A DNA stretch of 63,935 nt, counting the filler, from Kipferlia bialata (lineage: Eukaryota), in NCBI GenBank assembly GCA_003568945.1. It is 6 parts of 6 records of this genome, joined end to end, with 100 filler letters (N's around TTAATTAATTAA, not from the genome) between each part and the next. Parts side by side here need not be neighbours in the genome. Positions count along the whole stretch, not along the records: positions 26,532 to 39,665 come from BDIP01000985.1; positions 39,766 to 52,891 come from BDIP01000986.1; 4 more parts are not named here. One strand, 5' to 3'. Position 1 is the stretch's first letter, and each line of letters opens with the position of its first letter. Below, one piece after another: positions 26,754-40,310 of the stretch. The notes beneath the pieces are model-generated. The model was not told the DNA's origin, did not search any database, and saw only the letters and a program-made list of their open reading frames with translations. Position numbers and translations under genes: made by a program.

Positions 26754-29137
26754 CGAGCCGGAACTGCTTGTATGGCATCTCTTGTACCTCTCTATATCAA
26801 CAAGGTAATGGCCAAGAGTATCTAGGACAGTATAGAGTGCCACCCCAGATACCACAACGGTGTAGAGTCAAGTAGACAAACACAACTAGCCCCTTTCCCA
26901 AAAACACATGCTAGACCCTTTTGCCAGAGTTTTCAACCGTCCATGTGAGGCAAAGAGATCCTCTCCATACGTTGAACCGGTGCACCCTATTGGTACCGGG
27001 TCCCATGACGGACCGACAGGACTTGATCAACCTGCTAGGTACTACTGCTGATATACATCATGATTAGAGGCATAGAGTGTGAAGGAGTTCACTCCATGTG
27101 TCTTTGTGCCATTTGACTTTATCATACCTGTCCTTCACTACGGTATCTAGTGCAGTAACAGGGTGCCTATATACCACCATTGTCGCACATATATCATACT
27201 TCTGGTCAGTTTTGCACAACAGGTGGCGGTCTAAATGTGTGTATTTCATTTTCGACCTATGTCCAAATCTCGATTTGTATATAGCCCCCATGTATATATA
27301 TGTGGATCTACCCCCCTTCCTCTCCATCTGATGTCTAGATGAGCTCAAGCAGATGCCTGAGGTCGCCACCCAGCTGGGGGTGGGCAGGATAGATAGGTAT
27401 GGACCCTTGCCAATTGCCCAAACATCACACCGAAATATATGTGTATATATGTGATTATATCTGGAATCCTGTGCGTATATATCGACTGGTGGGTATATAT
27501 TGGGTTCTATGAGGTACTCTCCCTCCCCTCCATTGTCTTACTCTTGTAGTATCTGTGGGTAGTGCCCTACATACAGTGTGTAGACGTCTGATATTTGGCA
27601 CAAACGGTGTCACATACACTCTCTCCTTCTGTATCACTACTCTCGTGCCCTCTTACTATCACACACCCTGTTCGAACGAGTTTCCCCTCCCCCCTCCATC
27701 CCTCTGTCTTTATATGTATTGTCAAAACGATGACGTCTCTCTTTCTCCCTCAGTATTGTCTCTCTCTCTCTCTCTCTCTCCCTCTGCGCCCTTATTCCAG
27801 GTTGATGAAGTCTGTTATGGGCAACACCCTCTGCAGTGACAGTCTCTCTCTCTCTCTCTCTCCCTCTACACCCTTTTATCAATAGTTTGATGAAGTCTGT
27901 TATGGCCAACACCCTATGCAGTGACAGTCTCTCTCTCTCTCTTTCTCTTCCTCTACACCCTTTAATCAATAGGTTGATGAAGTCTGTTATGGCCAACACC
28001 CTCTGCAGTGACAGTCGTGTCAGGGGTGGCAGCAGGAGACCATCGATGAGTCAGAGGACAACACCAAAGAGGGTAGGGTTCTGTATATAGATTCATATAT
28101 ATACATATATCTTTGCCCCATTGACTTTCAATGAGTCAGAGGACAACACCAAAGAGGGTATGGTGCTCTCTTTCTCTCTCTCTCGTAAGCCCCTTCCACA
28201 CATAATTCATATTCCTTCCATGGTCCATCTCTCTCTCTCTCTACACCCTTATATCAGTCTCTCTCCACCCATGCCCTTGGCACTATGTCTGTCCATGCCC
28301 ATGGTCCATCTGTCAATGGCATACTGGCATCAAAGGCTCTGAAGAACACGTACGTATATATACATATAACATTTATATACTATATATATACTATATATAC
28401 ACTTGTATATATATATATGTCCATCTGTCAAAGGCACTAAAGAACACGTACGTGTCTGTCTATGCACTATACTGTGCATACTCATAGATATATATATGAA
28501 TATGCGTGTCAATGAGAGCTAACCTCCAGCGGCAATGTCATGATCAGTGAGTTTGTGACCAAGCCCGTCAGATTCAGTGACAGGAGCACAATAGGAATAG
28601 GTATGATAATATATATAAATACATATATATACATGTATAGAATTATATATACATATATATATAGTATAGTGTGGTACAGTGTGTATGTGTAAGTGCAGCT
28701 ATTGATTCAGTGACAAGAGCACAATGGGAAAAAGTATATAGAAATATTAGATGAAGGTGTATATATATACATATATATATATATAGGTGATCGTGTATGT
28801 AGCTATGCCGGTCAGATTCAGTGACAGGAGCACAATAGGCATAGGTATGTACATTTACATATTGGTCTCTCTCTCTCGATAGTTTAATCTATGTAAGTAT
28901 TCATTGCGATACTGCTGGTCATAGTTTTTAGCATGTCGAATTCTCTCTCTCTCTCTACATAGTATGTCGAACCCTCACCATAGGTTCCCAGGAGTCCCTC
29001 TGTCGAATTGAGAGGAGGCCATCAATCCCACAGGTACAAACACATATATTGATCTACCAGTACCAGTAGGAGTCACCTCTCTCTCCCTCGCTCCCTTTCT
29101 CCCTACACCCCTAATATCAGCCCCCCTCCACCTCCTC

Positions 29138-29172
<35 letters not shown>

Positions 29173-30024
29173 ACTCCTTATCTCAGCCCCCCTCCACCTC
29201 ATCCCGGTCCCTGTCAAGCTCCATACACAGCACACGCAGGTATGTATATATATTACCTATTTGCCATATATATATATGTATATGTATATATCTCACCCTC
29301 AGCACTCAGAGCTCCCATAGCACACAGAGTACCCACAGCAGCCATGGAAATAGGGGTCCAGAGGTGGGGATTAAGGGGCTAGATGGACTCCCTCCCCTGA
29401 ACGAGGTCACGAAGCCACCGGTCAGACCCTACCAGAAGACCATGTCTCTGCACCGTTTGGAGGTAGATATACCCCCCAACGGGCAGCGTATGCAGTCCTT
29501 GCTGAGCAGGCATCAGAAGAGGGTGGGGGAGAGGAGGAAGGCGAGTGTGAGGGAGAGAGGGGGAGGGAGAGAGAGAGAGGAGGGGACCCAGAGACGCATC
29601 ACTGACTGGGAGAGGTATGTTTACTATACAGTATTTATACATACATTCATGAATGTGTTATTCATAGTAACAGAGTATTAACCTAACTCCAGTGTCAAAG
29701 CGGCAGGTGTATGGGTTATGTGTCCTATTAATACGAACTATATATGTTACTTCTACTGTATATAACTGTAGCAGTATATATTGAGATGAGTATACTAGCT
29801 GGGTCTCACCCCAGTGTCAAGGCAGCAGGTGTCGACCCCCTGCTGAACCTGGAGAAGCACAGCTGCAGTGAGCCACCCATACCTAGGTACAGTGGTATAT
29901 ATATACTAAGATGTATGCTCTTAGGTATTAATTGTCATTATTATAATTATGTATGTAGCATAGAAATTTTATGTATTAAACCTTGAGAAGCACAGCTGCA
30001 GTGAGCCACCCATACCCAGGTATG

Positions 30025-30065
<41 letters not shown>

Positions 30066-30482
30066 CTCCTCTGCCTTTCTCTGTGCATTGCACGAATACA
30101 CTATCTCGGCCCAAACCTTGTCACCACAACGCTCAGCCTGTATTCTAATAGAGTATATATACATACACATTCATATGTGTTATTGTCTCACGCCTAGCCC
30201 TGTCACCACCACCCTCAACCTCGTGGCATCGCAGCAGTCATGGGACCACCAGAGCAAGGTATATATATATGTATAGATATATAACTATTAGTATATATTT
30301 ATATAGAGATACAGAGATGTTCATGTGGCATCGCAGCCGTCATGGGACCACCAGAGTAAGGTATATAGATGTGTATTGATATATAACTATTAGTATATAT
30401 AGAGAGAGAGAGACAGAGATGTTCATGTGGCATCGCAGCAGTCATGGGACCATCAGAGCAAGGTATAAACATGTGTATATGC

Positions 30483-30520
<38 letters not shown>

Positions 30521-30647
30521 CGTCTCAGCAGTCATGGGACCACCAGAGCAAGGTATATATATAGTATACAGACACACATATGCATCGCAGCAGTCATGGG
30601 ACCACCAGAGCAAGGTATATAGATATGTATAGATATATGCTTATTAG

Positions 30648-30683
<36 letters not shown>

Positions 30684-31682
30684 CTCGTGGCCTCTCAGCA
30701 GTCATGGGGCCACCAGAGCAAGGTACATTATAATATACATTATAATATACATTATAATATACATTATAATATATATATAGAGAGAGTGTGTGTGGTTAGT
30801 CACATTCAGTACCCTTTAACCCCATGGTACCGTGGCAGTGACTGAATATGTGTGTGCAAATACTCCTACATTAATGTATATGTATAGATATATATGTCTG
30901 ACCCCTCAGGACCGTGGCAGTGAGAGCGACAACCCAGATGGGATCAATAATAGTTGTAGTATTATATATAGTACTATAGTTCATCTATATATTACATATT
31001 TACCCCTCAGGACCGTGGCAGTGAGAGTGACAACCCAGACGAGTCCTATGCCCTAGACAACATGCCAGGCTGTCTAAAGGGTCTAGCCAGTATTAAGGGT
31101 GCAGTGGTGGGGTCTCTTGACCTAGATGGTCTAGACGGTCTAGATGAGCTGGGCGGTCTAGGGGGGCTAGATGGCTCAGAGGGAGAGATTGGGAGGGGAA
31201 GAGAGAGAGAGGAGAGCCTCGAGGAGGTTGTGGTGCGCAGTCACTCGGATGCTTCGGTGCAGATGAGGTATATACAGGGTGTTACATATATATATATATA
31301 CATGTAGAGAGAGAGAGAGAGAGAGAGAGAGAAGTGATGCATCGGTGCAGATGAGGTATATATAGAGAGTGTCATATATGTATAATACATCACTCCCTAT
31401 CTACCAATACCAACTATCAGGTCCCCCCGCTCCGACCTGAGCTGCATGGTGATGAGCAGCAGCAACAGCAGGTATAGGTGGATGGAAATAGAGTGTATAT
31501 ATTGTGGAGCGTGTATATATTTTAATGTGTATGTCCATTCACAATTAGGTGCAGTGTCCTCCAGGCCGGTGCCAGCACCAGTGTGGGGTGGTCAGATAGT
31601 CAGGTATACAGATATAGATGGACACACTCCCCCTCTCTCTCTTACACCCAAGAACAGCACCGCCTCTGGTTCCTTCTACTTC

Positions 31683-31724
<42 letters not shown>

Positions 31725-32649
31725 ACATACTAGAACAGTACCGCCTCTGGTTCCTTCTACTCCTCCGTGTCGGTCTCTTCTCAGTTGCTGCCAGTCAGGG
31801 GGTCCGTCTCTGCTGCATGCATGAGGTATGTAAGATATTTGATATATCAGTGAATGTATGGTATAGTAGTATTGAGTATTGTAGATGCTTCTTCTCGCTC
31901 CATACACTACAGAGAACTCTCTCTCTCTCTCTCTCTTTATTGATTACCTAACTCTAGCGATGCCTATGGAGACAGCGATACCCTCACAGACTACGAGGAC
32001 ACTCTCTCTCTCTCTCTCTCTCTCTGTCTCTTTCTGCTAATCCTAGTGATGCCTATGGGGACAGTGACACCCTCACAGACTATGAGGACACAGACCCAGA
32101 GGGAGAGGGAGAGAGAGAGAGAGAGATTGACGAGGACACAGACCCAGAGGGAGAGGGAGAGGGGGAGAGAGAGAGAGAGATTGAGGTAGAGGATGAGTAC
32201 AACGTGGGAGACGAGGAACTCGAGAGCCCCACGCGTCTGGAGTGTGGAGAGAGCCCCACACTCCTCAACTCACACACGAGCAGACACCTACTGCCTGATA
32301 AGGGTGTAGAGGGAGAGAGAGAGAGAGAGGGAGAGAAGGTGATGAAGGGAGAGAGGTGGGTGCAGGAGGAGGAGGAGGAGAGAGAGAGAGAGTCCGAGGA
32401 TGAGGAGGAGTGCCTACCTCTGCCAGGAGAGGCAGACGAGGGTATTAAGGGTGCAGAGGGAGAGAGAGAGGAGGAGACTGAGTTTGCCGGCTCCTTCTCT
32501 GAGATTGGGGGGTCATTCTCATCCACATACAGCGTGCCCACAGGGTTCACAAGGCCTGAGGTATCTCTCTCTCTCTTTCTCTCTCTCCGTCTACACCCTT
32601 AATACCTAGGAGAGTGGCATGACTGCAGTGATGGATGACATCCAGTCCT

Positions 32650-32691
<42 letters not shown>

Positions 32692-33124
32692 TCTCTCTCT
32701 CTCTACACCCTTAATACATAGGAGAGTGGCATGACTGCCGTGATGGATGACATCCAGTCCTTCTCTCTCTCTCNNNGAGAGTGGCATGACTGCCGTGATG
32801 GATGACATCCAGTCCTTCTCTCTCTCTCTCTTTCTCTCTCTCTCCCTCTACACCCTTAATGCCTAGGAGAGTGGCATGACTGCAGTGATGGATGACATCC
32901 AGTCCTTCACTCTGTTCAACCACATATGCACTGCGTCACTAGTGATACCCCCTGAGGAGGCCAAGAAGGCTATTAGGTACTGTATATATATTGTACATAC
33001 TTTATATAGTACATGTATGGCATGTAATGTGTATAATGTACTGCATCCCTTGACATACCACCAGATGAGGCTAAGAAGGCTATTATTTATACTATAATTA
33101 CGTATGTGTGTATATACAATCCAG

Positions 33125-33162
<38 letters not shown>

Positions 33163-33502
33163 TCTCATACCTAACCCCAGTGCACTCCAGTCCCGTCTGA
33201 CCAAGGCATCCAATGCACACTCTCATTGTCTATATACTATACACTATATATTGTATCTACATGTATGCATGTTATTCACCCCAGTGCACTCCAGTCCCGT
33301 CTGACCAAGGCAGCCAATGCACACCACGCAAAGACAAGGTATATATATACATGTGTATATGCTATGGGATATATTTGTATATATTTATATATACGTTATG
33401 GGATCCTATATTATAACACACACCACGCAAAGACAAGGTATACATTATATCACAATATATACATATAGAAGTAAAGTAATATGGTGTTGATGGTTACTCA
33501 CA

Positions 33503-33536
<34 letters not shown>

Positions 33537-34019
33537 GTAGATAGGGATCATAATTCTTCTCTACATTTATTTATCCCACTATACTGATACAATAGGTCAC
33601 TGAGACAGTCCCCGGAGTGTGAGGGTGAGACTGACTCCGATGCAGCAGCCAAGGAGAGAGAGAGACTCTATGTCACAGAGTGCGTGCTGACACTGGCCTT
33701 TGACGCACACGCATGGCACAACAAGTACGTTAATGAGTACTTATTCATATATATGTATATATATGTTACACTCATTTCTCTTGTATGACGTACACGCGTG
33801 GCACAACAAGTACGTATGCTCTCTCTCTCTCTCTAGACCCTTATCTCAGGTACCCCAATGATAGTCTGCCCTACCTTCGTTATTTCTCTCTTTCTCTATG
33901 TCTGTTTAGAGCCTTATTTCCCTTACCTCCCTTATCTCAGGTACCCCAATGATGGTCTCCCCTACCTTGCCCTGATCCTGCACAGACACTTTGGACTGGT
34001 AGATACGGTATGTATTAAC

Positions 34020-34052
<33 letters not shown>

Positions 34053-34108
34053 TGCCTTGCACTGATTCTGCACAGACATTTTGGATTGGCATACACGTTG
34101 AATGAATC

Positions 34109-34155
<47 letters not shown>

Positions 34156-35493
34156 CAGGTCAGTCTGACACGGTATACCTCTGCCATGCTGGTGTACAAC
34201 AGCCTGTACAGGTATAATATATATAGTATATATATATACAGATAGTATATATATATATTGATAGATAGGCATTTACTGCATATACGATACTACTTGTATA
34301 CCTCTGCCATGCTGGNNNNNNNNNNNNNNNNNNNNNNNNNNNNNNNNNNNNNNNNNNNNNNNNNNNNNNNNNNNNNNNNNNNNNNNNNNNNNNNNNNNNN
34401 NNNNNNNNNNNNNNNNNNNNNNNNNNNNNNNNNNNNNNNNNNNNNNNNNNNNNNNNNNNNNNNNNNNNNNNNNNNNNNNNNNNNNNNNNNNNNNNNNNNN
34501 NNNNNNNNNNNNNNNNNNNNNNNNNNNNNNNNNNNNNNNNNNNNNNNNNNNNNNNNNNNNNNNNNNNNNNNNNNNNNNNNNNNNNNNNNNNNNNNNNNNN
34601 NNNNNNNNNNNNNNNNNNNNNNNNNNNNNNNNNNNNNNNNNNNNNNNNNNNNNNNNNNNNNNNNNNNNNNNNNNNNNNNNNNNNNNNNNNNNNNNNNNNN
34701 NNNNNNNNNNNNNNNNNNNNNNNNNNNNNNNNNNNNNNNNNNNNNNNNNNNNNNNNNNNNNNNNNNNNNNNNNNNNNNNNNNNNNNNNNNNNNNNNNNNN
34801 NNNNNNNNNNNNNNNNNNNNNNNNNNNNNNNNNNNNNNNNNNNNNNNNNNNNNNNNNNNNNNNNNNNNNNNNNNNNNNNNNNNNNNNNNNNNNNNNNNNN
34901 NNNNNNNNNNNNNNNNNNNNNNNNNNNNNNNNNNNNNNNNNNNNNNNNNNNNNNNNNNNNNNNNNNNNNNNNNNNNNNNNNNNNNNNNNNNNNNNNNNNN
35001 NNNNNNNNNNNNNNNNNNNNNNNNNNNNNNNNNNNNNNNNNNNNNNNNNNNNNNNNNNNNNNNNNNNNNNNNNNNNNNNNNNNNNNNNNNNNNNNNNNNN
35101 NNNNNNNNNNNNNNNNNNNNNNNNNNNNNNNNNNNNNNNNNNNNNNNNNNNNNNNNNNNNNNNNNNNNNNNNNNNNNNNNNNNNNNNNNNNNNNNNNNNN
35201 NNNNNNNNNNNNNNNNNNNNNNNNNNNNNNNNNNNNNNNNNNNNNNNNNNNNCTCTCTCTCTCTACACCCTTATCTTCAGCTGCTGCCCATGATCTCTCT
35301 CTCTCTCTCCCTCTACACCCTTATGTCAGCTGCTGCCCATGATGTAGAGCACTGTGGAGTCAGCCCAGACCTGCTGGTGAATCTGAGGTATAGTGTAGTA
35401 TATACTTTGGATTCGCAACTATATTACTATGTCTGCCTCTCTCTATCTCTACTCCCTTAACACTAGGCACCCCCTGTACCACATGTATGGGTC

Positions 35494-35542
<49 letters not shown>

Positions 35543-36874
35543 TCTCTTAACACTCTTCTTACTGTTAGGCACCCCCTGTACCACATGTATGGCTCCAGTG
35601 CCACTCTGGAGAGGTACCATGCAGCACTGGGAACATGGGTAGTGAGGTACATATATGTATATATTCAATATATACACTATATATATATATATATATATAT
35701 ATAGTATATAGTGTACATGGGTAGTGAGGTGAGGATATACTATATGATGCCACTTTTGGCAATGTAATATATAGGTAACGTATATACCATTCTTGATATC
35801 TGCTTACACCCAGGTACTACCGCCTGTTCGACAATCTCCCCCCTGCCGAGAGTGCCTCCTGTACAGACATGGTGTATGCACTGATAATGGCCACAGACCC
35901 TAAGGTATACATTATATATACACTGTATGTACTATAGTATATATATATACATATACTATATAGTGCCGAGAGTGCATCCTGTACAGACATGGTGTATGCA
36001 CTCATAATGGCAACAGACTCTATGGTATATGATGACATATATAGAGTGCCGCTGGTCAAAAGATTTCCTATACATTATCAGTGTACTACATCTTCACATA
36101 CTCTTCTCTATTATCTTTAATCTATCTGACATCCAGACCGTCTTTGAGAGTGCCGATGACCTCAACAGACTCTGCAGCAAGGCATTCAGTGGCACAATCA
36201 ACCAGCTTCTATCCTTTGAGGAGGTAAGATAGCTATGTAACGCGACATAACTCAATGATTATAGATATAACGCTAGTTACTGACTAACCCCATCAGGAGC
36301 AGGATGTGCTCATGGCCTCCATCATCAGAATGGCAGACATATCAAACGCCTCAAGGTATAATAGTAAATGCAATTATTCATATAGTATATGCATGACTTC
36401 ATACTATTAGTACGTTTGGCCTCCATCATCAGGATGGCAGACATCAGTAATGCATCAAGGTATTATTGCATATGTTTACGTACATGTATAAATAGTATAT
36501 GCATCACTATGAAAGCAAGTGTGTATATTCATGGCCTCCATCATCAGGATGGCAGACATCAGCAATGCATCTAGGTAGAATTGAATACATTTATATATGT
36601 TATCTTTGTATACTGTATACAAATCGATACGATGGGCTAAACACTACATGTATAGGTATATGCATAAGTATATATACTATATAATTGGCAGACATCAGCA
36701 ACGCATATTTGTATCCATAGATGAATGATACAATGAAGTGATTGCCCTATCCGTATCATCTACCAATTTGGGTGTGCTTCTTTATGTATCGCCCTCACCC
36801 CCAGGCCATTCCCAGTGGCCAAGGCACACTCTCTCAACGTCATGAGGGAGTTCTTCAGAACAGGTATGGTCATA

Positions 36875-36910
<36 letters not shown>

Positions 36911-38831
36911 ACCCCTAATCCGGGCGATATCGAGGAGGCCTATTGTTTGTCTCATTCTCTCTCTCTCTCTCCATCTACACCCTCAATCCAGGCGATATTG
37001 AGGAGGCCTATGGACTAGAGGTCGGGGCCTTTAGAGACAGGGCTGAGGGGGCAGAGAGCATCAGAAAGTGTCAGGTACACCCATTTTTACAAGATTATTT
37101 TCCGCTAAGTTGCAAACACCACATCTTTACCATATATGTATATTTAGACAGAGCTGGGGGCAGATAGCATCAGATAGTGCCAGGTACACAATTTTACAAT
37201 ACTTATGTCCACAAAGTTGCAAATATGCCACATTATTAGCATGTATTATAGAGACAGAGCTGAAGGGGCAGAGAGCATCAGAAAGTGCCGGGTACATTCT
37301 ATTACAAGAGAGTATTCAAGACTAGTTCCTCTCTTCTACTCATGCAATGTGCATATATATTGTGTATCGACAGTGTTCCCTAATATCAGGTCTCCTTCAT
37401 CTCGTATATCGTGAGGGACTCTCTGGATACACACATAGAGATATAACAGTACATACATGTGTATATGTGTATATATGTACTGTATCCTTACTGTCAGGTC
37501 TCCTTCATCTCGTATGTCGTGAGGGTCTATGCATAGCCTTAGCTTAGAAACATACATACATACTACATGCCTGTGTATATATATGTACTGTATCCTTACT
37601 GCCAGGTCTCCTTCATCTCGTATGTGGTCAGGGTATATGCTGAGTCACTCAGAGACTTTGCAGCATGCCTCAACCTGACAGGTAGGATAATAATAATATA
37701 ATAGTAATATAGAATGTATCGTGTATACTTGACTGGTATCACAATGTATATACAGAAGCAGGATTGAAAATGGAGAGAAAGGGACTTTGCAGCATGCCAT
37801 ACAGGTGTGCGTGTGTATATATAGTGGACATATATATATATACGTTTGTGTGTGTGTGTATATAGTGGATATACATATGGGTGTGTGTGTATATATTGCA
37901 TCTATTTAGTAACTAGAAGTATTGTCGTGTAATACATACTATACTAGGGTGAACAAGAACATCCAGCCACCTCACCTAATTAACGTTATATATAGTGTTG
38001 GATAGTGTGCTAACCTCCAGGTGAGAAGGAGAGCGAGCGGGAGAGAGAGAGGCAGGCCCTGGGCTCCCTAGATGCAGACGGGGAGACTGACATTGACTCC
38101 TTCGACATCGATGGAGAGTGGGAGGAGGGGGCAGACGCCCGTATCTCACTCGCGTCCCTTGTGCAGAGGATGATTGTGAGGTACACATTTGCGTATACAC
38201 TATATATACATATATGTATAGAGAGAGATTGGTGGAGAGTGGGAGGAGGGGGCAGACGCTAGGATCTCATTAGCGTCCCATGTGCAGAGGATGATCGTAA
38301 GGTACTCTCCTGAATGGGAATATATATGTACAAGTGTATATATAGAGAGAGAGAGATGGATGGAGAGTGGGAGGACATCTCACTCGCCTCTTTGGTTCAG
38401 AGAATGATAGTGAGGTAATGTTCTTCGTGAGTATATCATATACGCATCTCTCTTGCATCGTTCCAGTCCAGAAGATGACCCCATTCAAGTGCATATATGT
38501 TTATAAGTATTAAGAATTGTTATAACTTTAAGTATATAGTGTTATGTAACTATAAGTATATAGCGTATATTAGACTATGTTCTAATGCCCCAGGATGGAC
38601 TCCAACAGAGATGAGTGGGACGACGTGGATTATATATAGTATAGTATACTATATAGTATAGTGTTCAAGACCGATTGTATATATGAGTGTATATACATAT
38701 ATATGTGGGTGTATATAGATATATGATATATGAAATGTCTCTAATGCCTCAGGATGGACTCCAACAGAGATGAGTGGGACGACGTGGAGAGTGAGGTGGA
38801 GGACGTGGTGGCATGCCTCAACGACCGTTGA
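26754..38831 (+). CDS. Class I 3',5'-cyclic nucleotide phosphodiesterase with a long low-complexity N-terminal region (5' partial, gap at 34316-35252)
   Basis: Catalytic motifs occur in order: AAAHDVEHCG, LERYH, IMATD, RMADISNASR|PF, MREFFRTGDIE, CQ|VSFI and NRDEW. The YHNxxH exon is expected to fall inside the N-gap. Confidence 0.88.
27790..38630 (+). repeat. Serial intronic partial copies of adjacent exon edges throughout the PDE gene
   Basis: Direct repeats of 20-70 nt exon segments, for example 27801/27886/27973, six versions in 30197-30722, four in 36297-36706 and three in 38021-38414. Confidence 0.9.
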
Positions 38832-38947
38832 CCGTTGACCGTTGAGAGAACGGAAGAGGAAAGGAGAGGGAGAGAGAGAGAGAGTATTGGGAGAGAGTGT
38901 GTCTAGTTATTAGTTTTCCGTGCAGAGTCCTGAGAGACATGCTGTAG

Positions 38948-38981
<34 letters not shown>

Positions 38982-39606
38982 TGTAAAGGCAGGCGGTTGC
39001 AGAGAGGGGGGGAGAGAGAGAGAGAGCACTGGCAATTGTCTCTCAGGGTGTATATGTGGGGTCTATGTATCCTGCAGCCCCTGATGGGATTTGTTACGCT
39101 TCAGTGTGTACATTATTCGTGTGATTCATTTACGGAGAGTGTTCGGATAGAGTTAGATAAGATGTGTCAATAGACGTATTAGTTACTTGTCGGGATTGGG
39201 GTTTCAGTCTGTTGAATCAAAGGAATACAAAGAACTGACTTTCATTCAAAGAACTAAGTGTAATAGCACTCGAAGTAATCTATTTCTAGCACCCAACCAC
39301 TCAGTTAAGCAAATGCGGGCACAGTAGATAGTATATAGGTGTATATAAGTAATCCACATAGGACACGCGGATTGTGTTGGTAATAAGTTGCACTCTGACG
39401 TTGTCAGAGGCCTCTCTCTCTCTCTCTCTTCCTCTCTCTTCCTCTCTCGATAACAATACAACTGGAAGCAGTCCTCGAACCACTTCCTCTCTTTCTACAA
39501 TCCTAATCCCAAAGGAGCTCTCTCTCTCTCTCTCTCTCCCTATACATCCACGGTTACTGCACCGTAGTATATGTAGCTCCCCCCCAGGATGATGGTTGGG
39601 TTGTCA

Positions 39607-39665
<59 letters not shown>

Positions 39666-39765
39666 NNNNNNNNNNNNNNNNNNNNNNNNNNNNNNNNNNN
39701 NNNNNNNNNTTAATTAATTAANNNNNNNNNNNNNNNNNNNNNNNNNNNNNNNNNNNNNNNNNNNN
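39666..39765. other. Artificial contig linker
   Basis: N44-TTAATTAATTAA-N44. Confidence 0.97.
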
Positions 39766-40259
39766 TCGGGCCAGATCTAAGGGTGTAAGGGATATATACA
39801 AGTGTATATATATATATATAGATAGAGGGAGAGAGAGAGAGAGAGAGAGAGCAGTGGTCGGGGCAGATCTAAGCGTTCAGCGGTTATGGGCCGCAAATAA
39901 TAGAAATATAGAATAGTAATAATTCTACTAGTATATTCTACATATACTCTATAATTTTGAAAGCCTACAGAGCAGTGGTCGGACCAGATCTAATAGATTA
40001 GTATATGAGGGACATAATGAGAATATACATAGAGAGATGGATCAGTACTATTACATTGTGCATTATAGAGCTCCATACGCTACTCTTGGTCAGCACACAC
40101 ACACCCTTTCTCTGTCTCACTCAATAAATACATATGCATCTAATTTGTAATGATATATAGTATATATATAGTATATATATAATATATATTACATATACAC
40201 TATACCTTGGTCTTCATCAGCCACTGGCCAGCCTCCACTGTGTCTGGGGGTCAGTTAGG

Positions 40260-40310
<51 letters not shown>

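Noticed and set aside
30197..30722. CRISPR-like repeat-spacer appearance (six ~37-nt repeats)
   Set aside because: The repeats are the 3' end of a PDE exon plus GT donor, the spacers are microsatellite of irregular length, there are no cas genes, and the DNA is eukaryotic.
34258..35460. 400-aa ORF and other X-filled ORFs in the track
   Set aside because: Artefacts of translating through N gaps.
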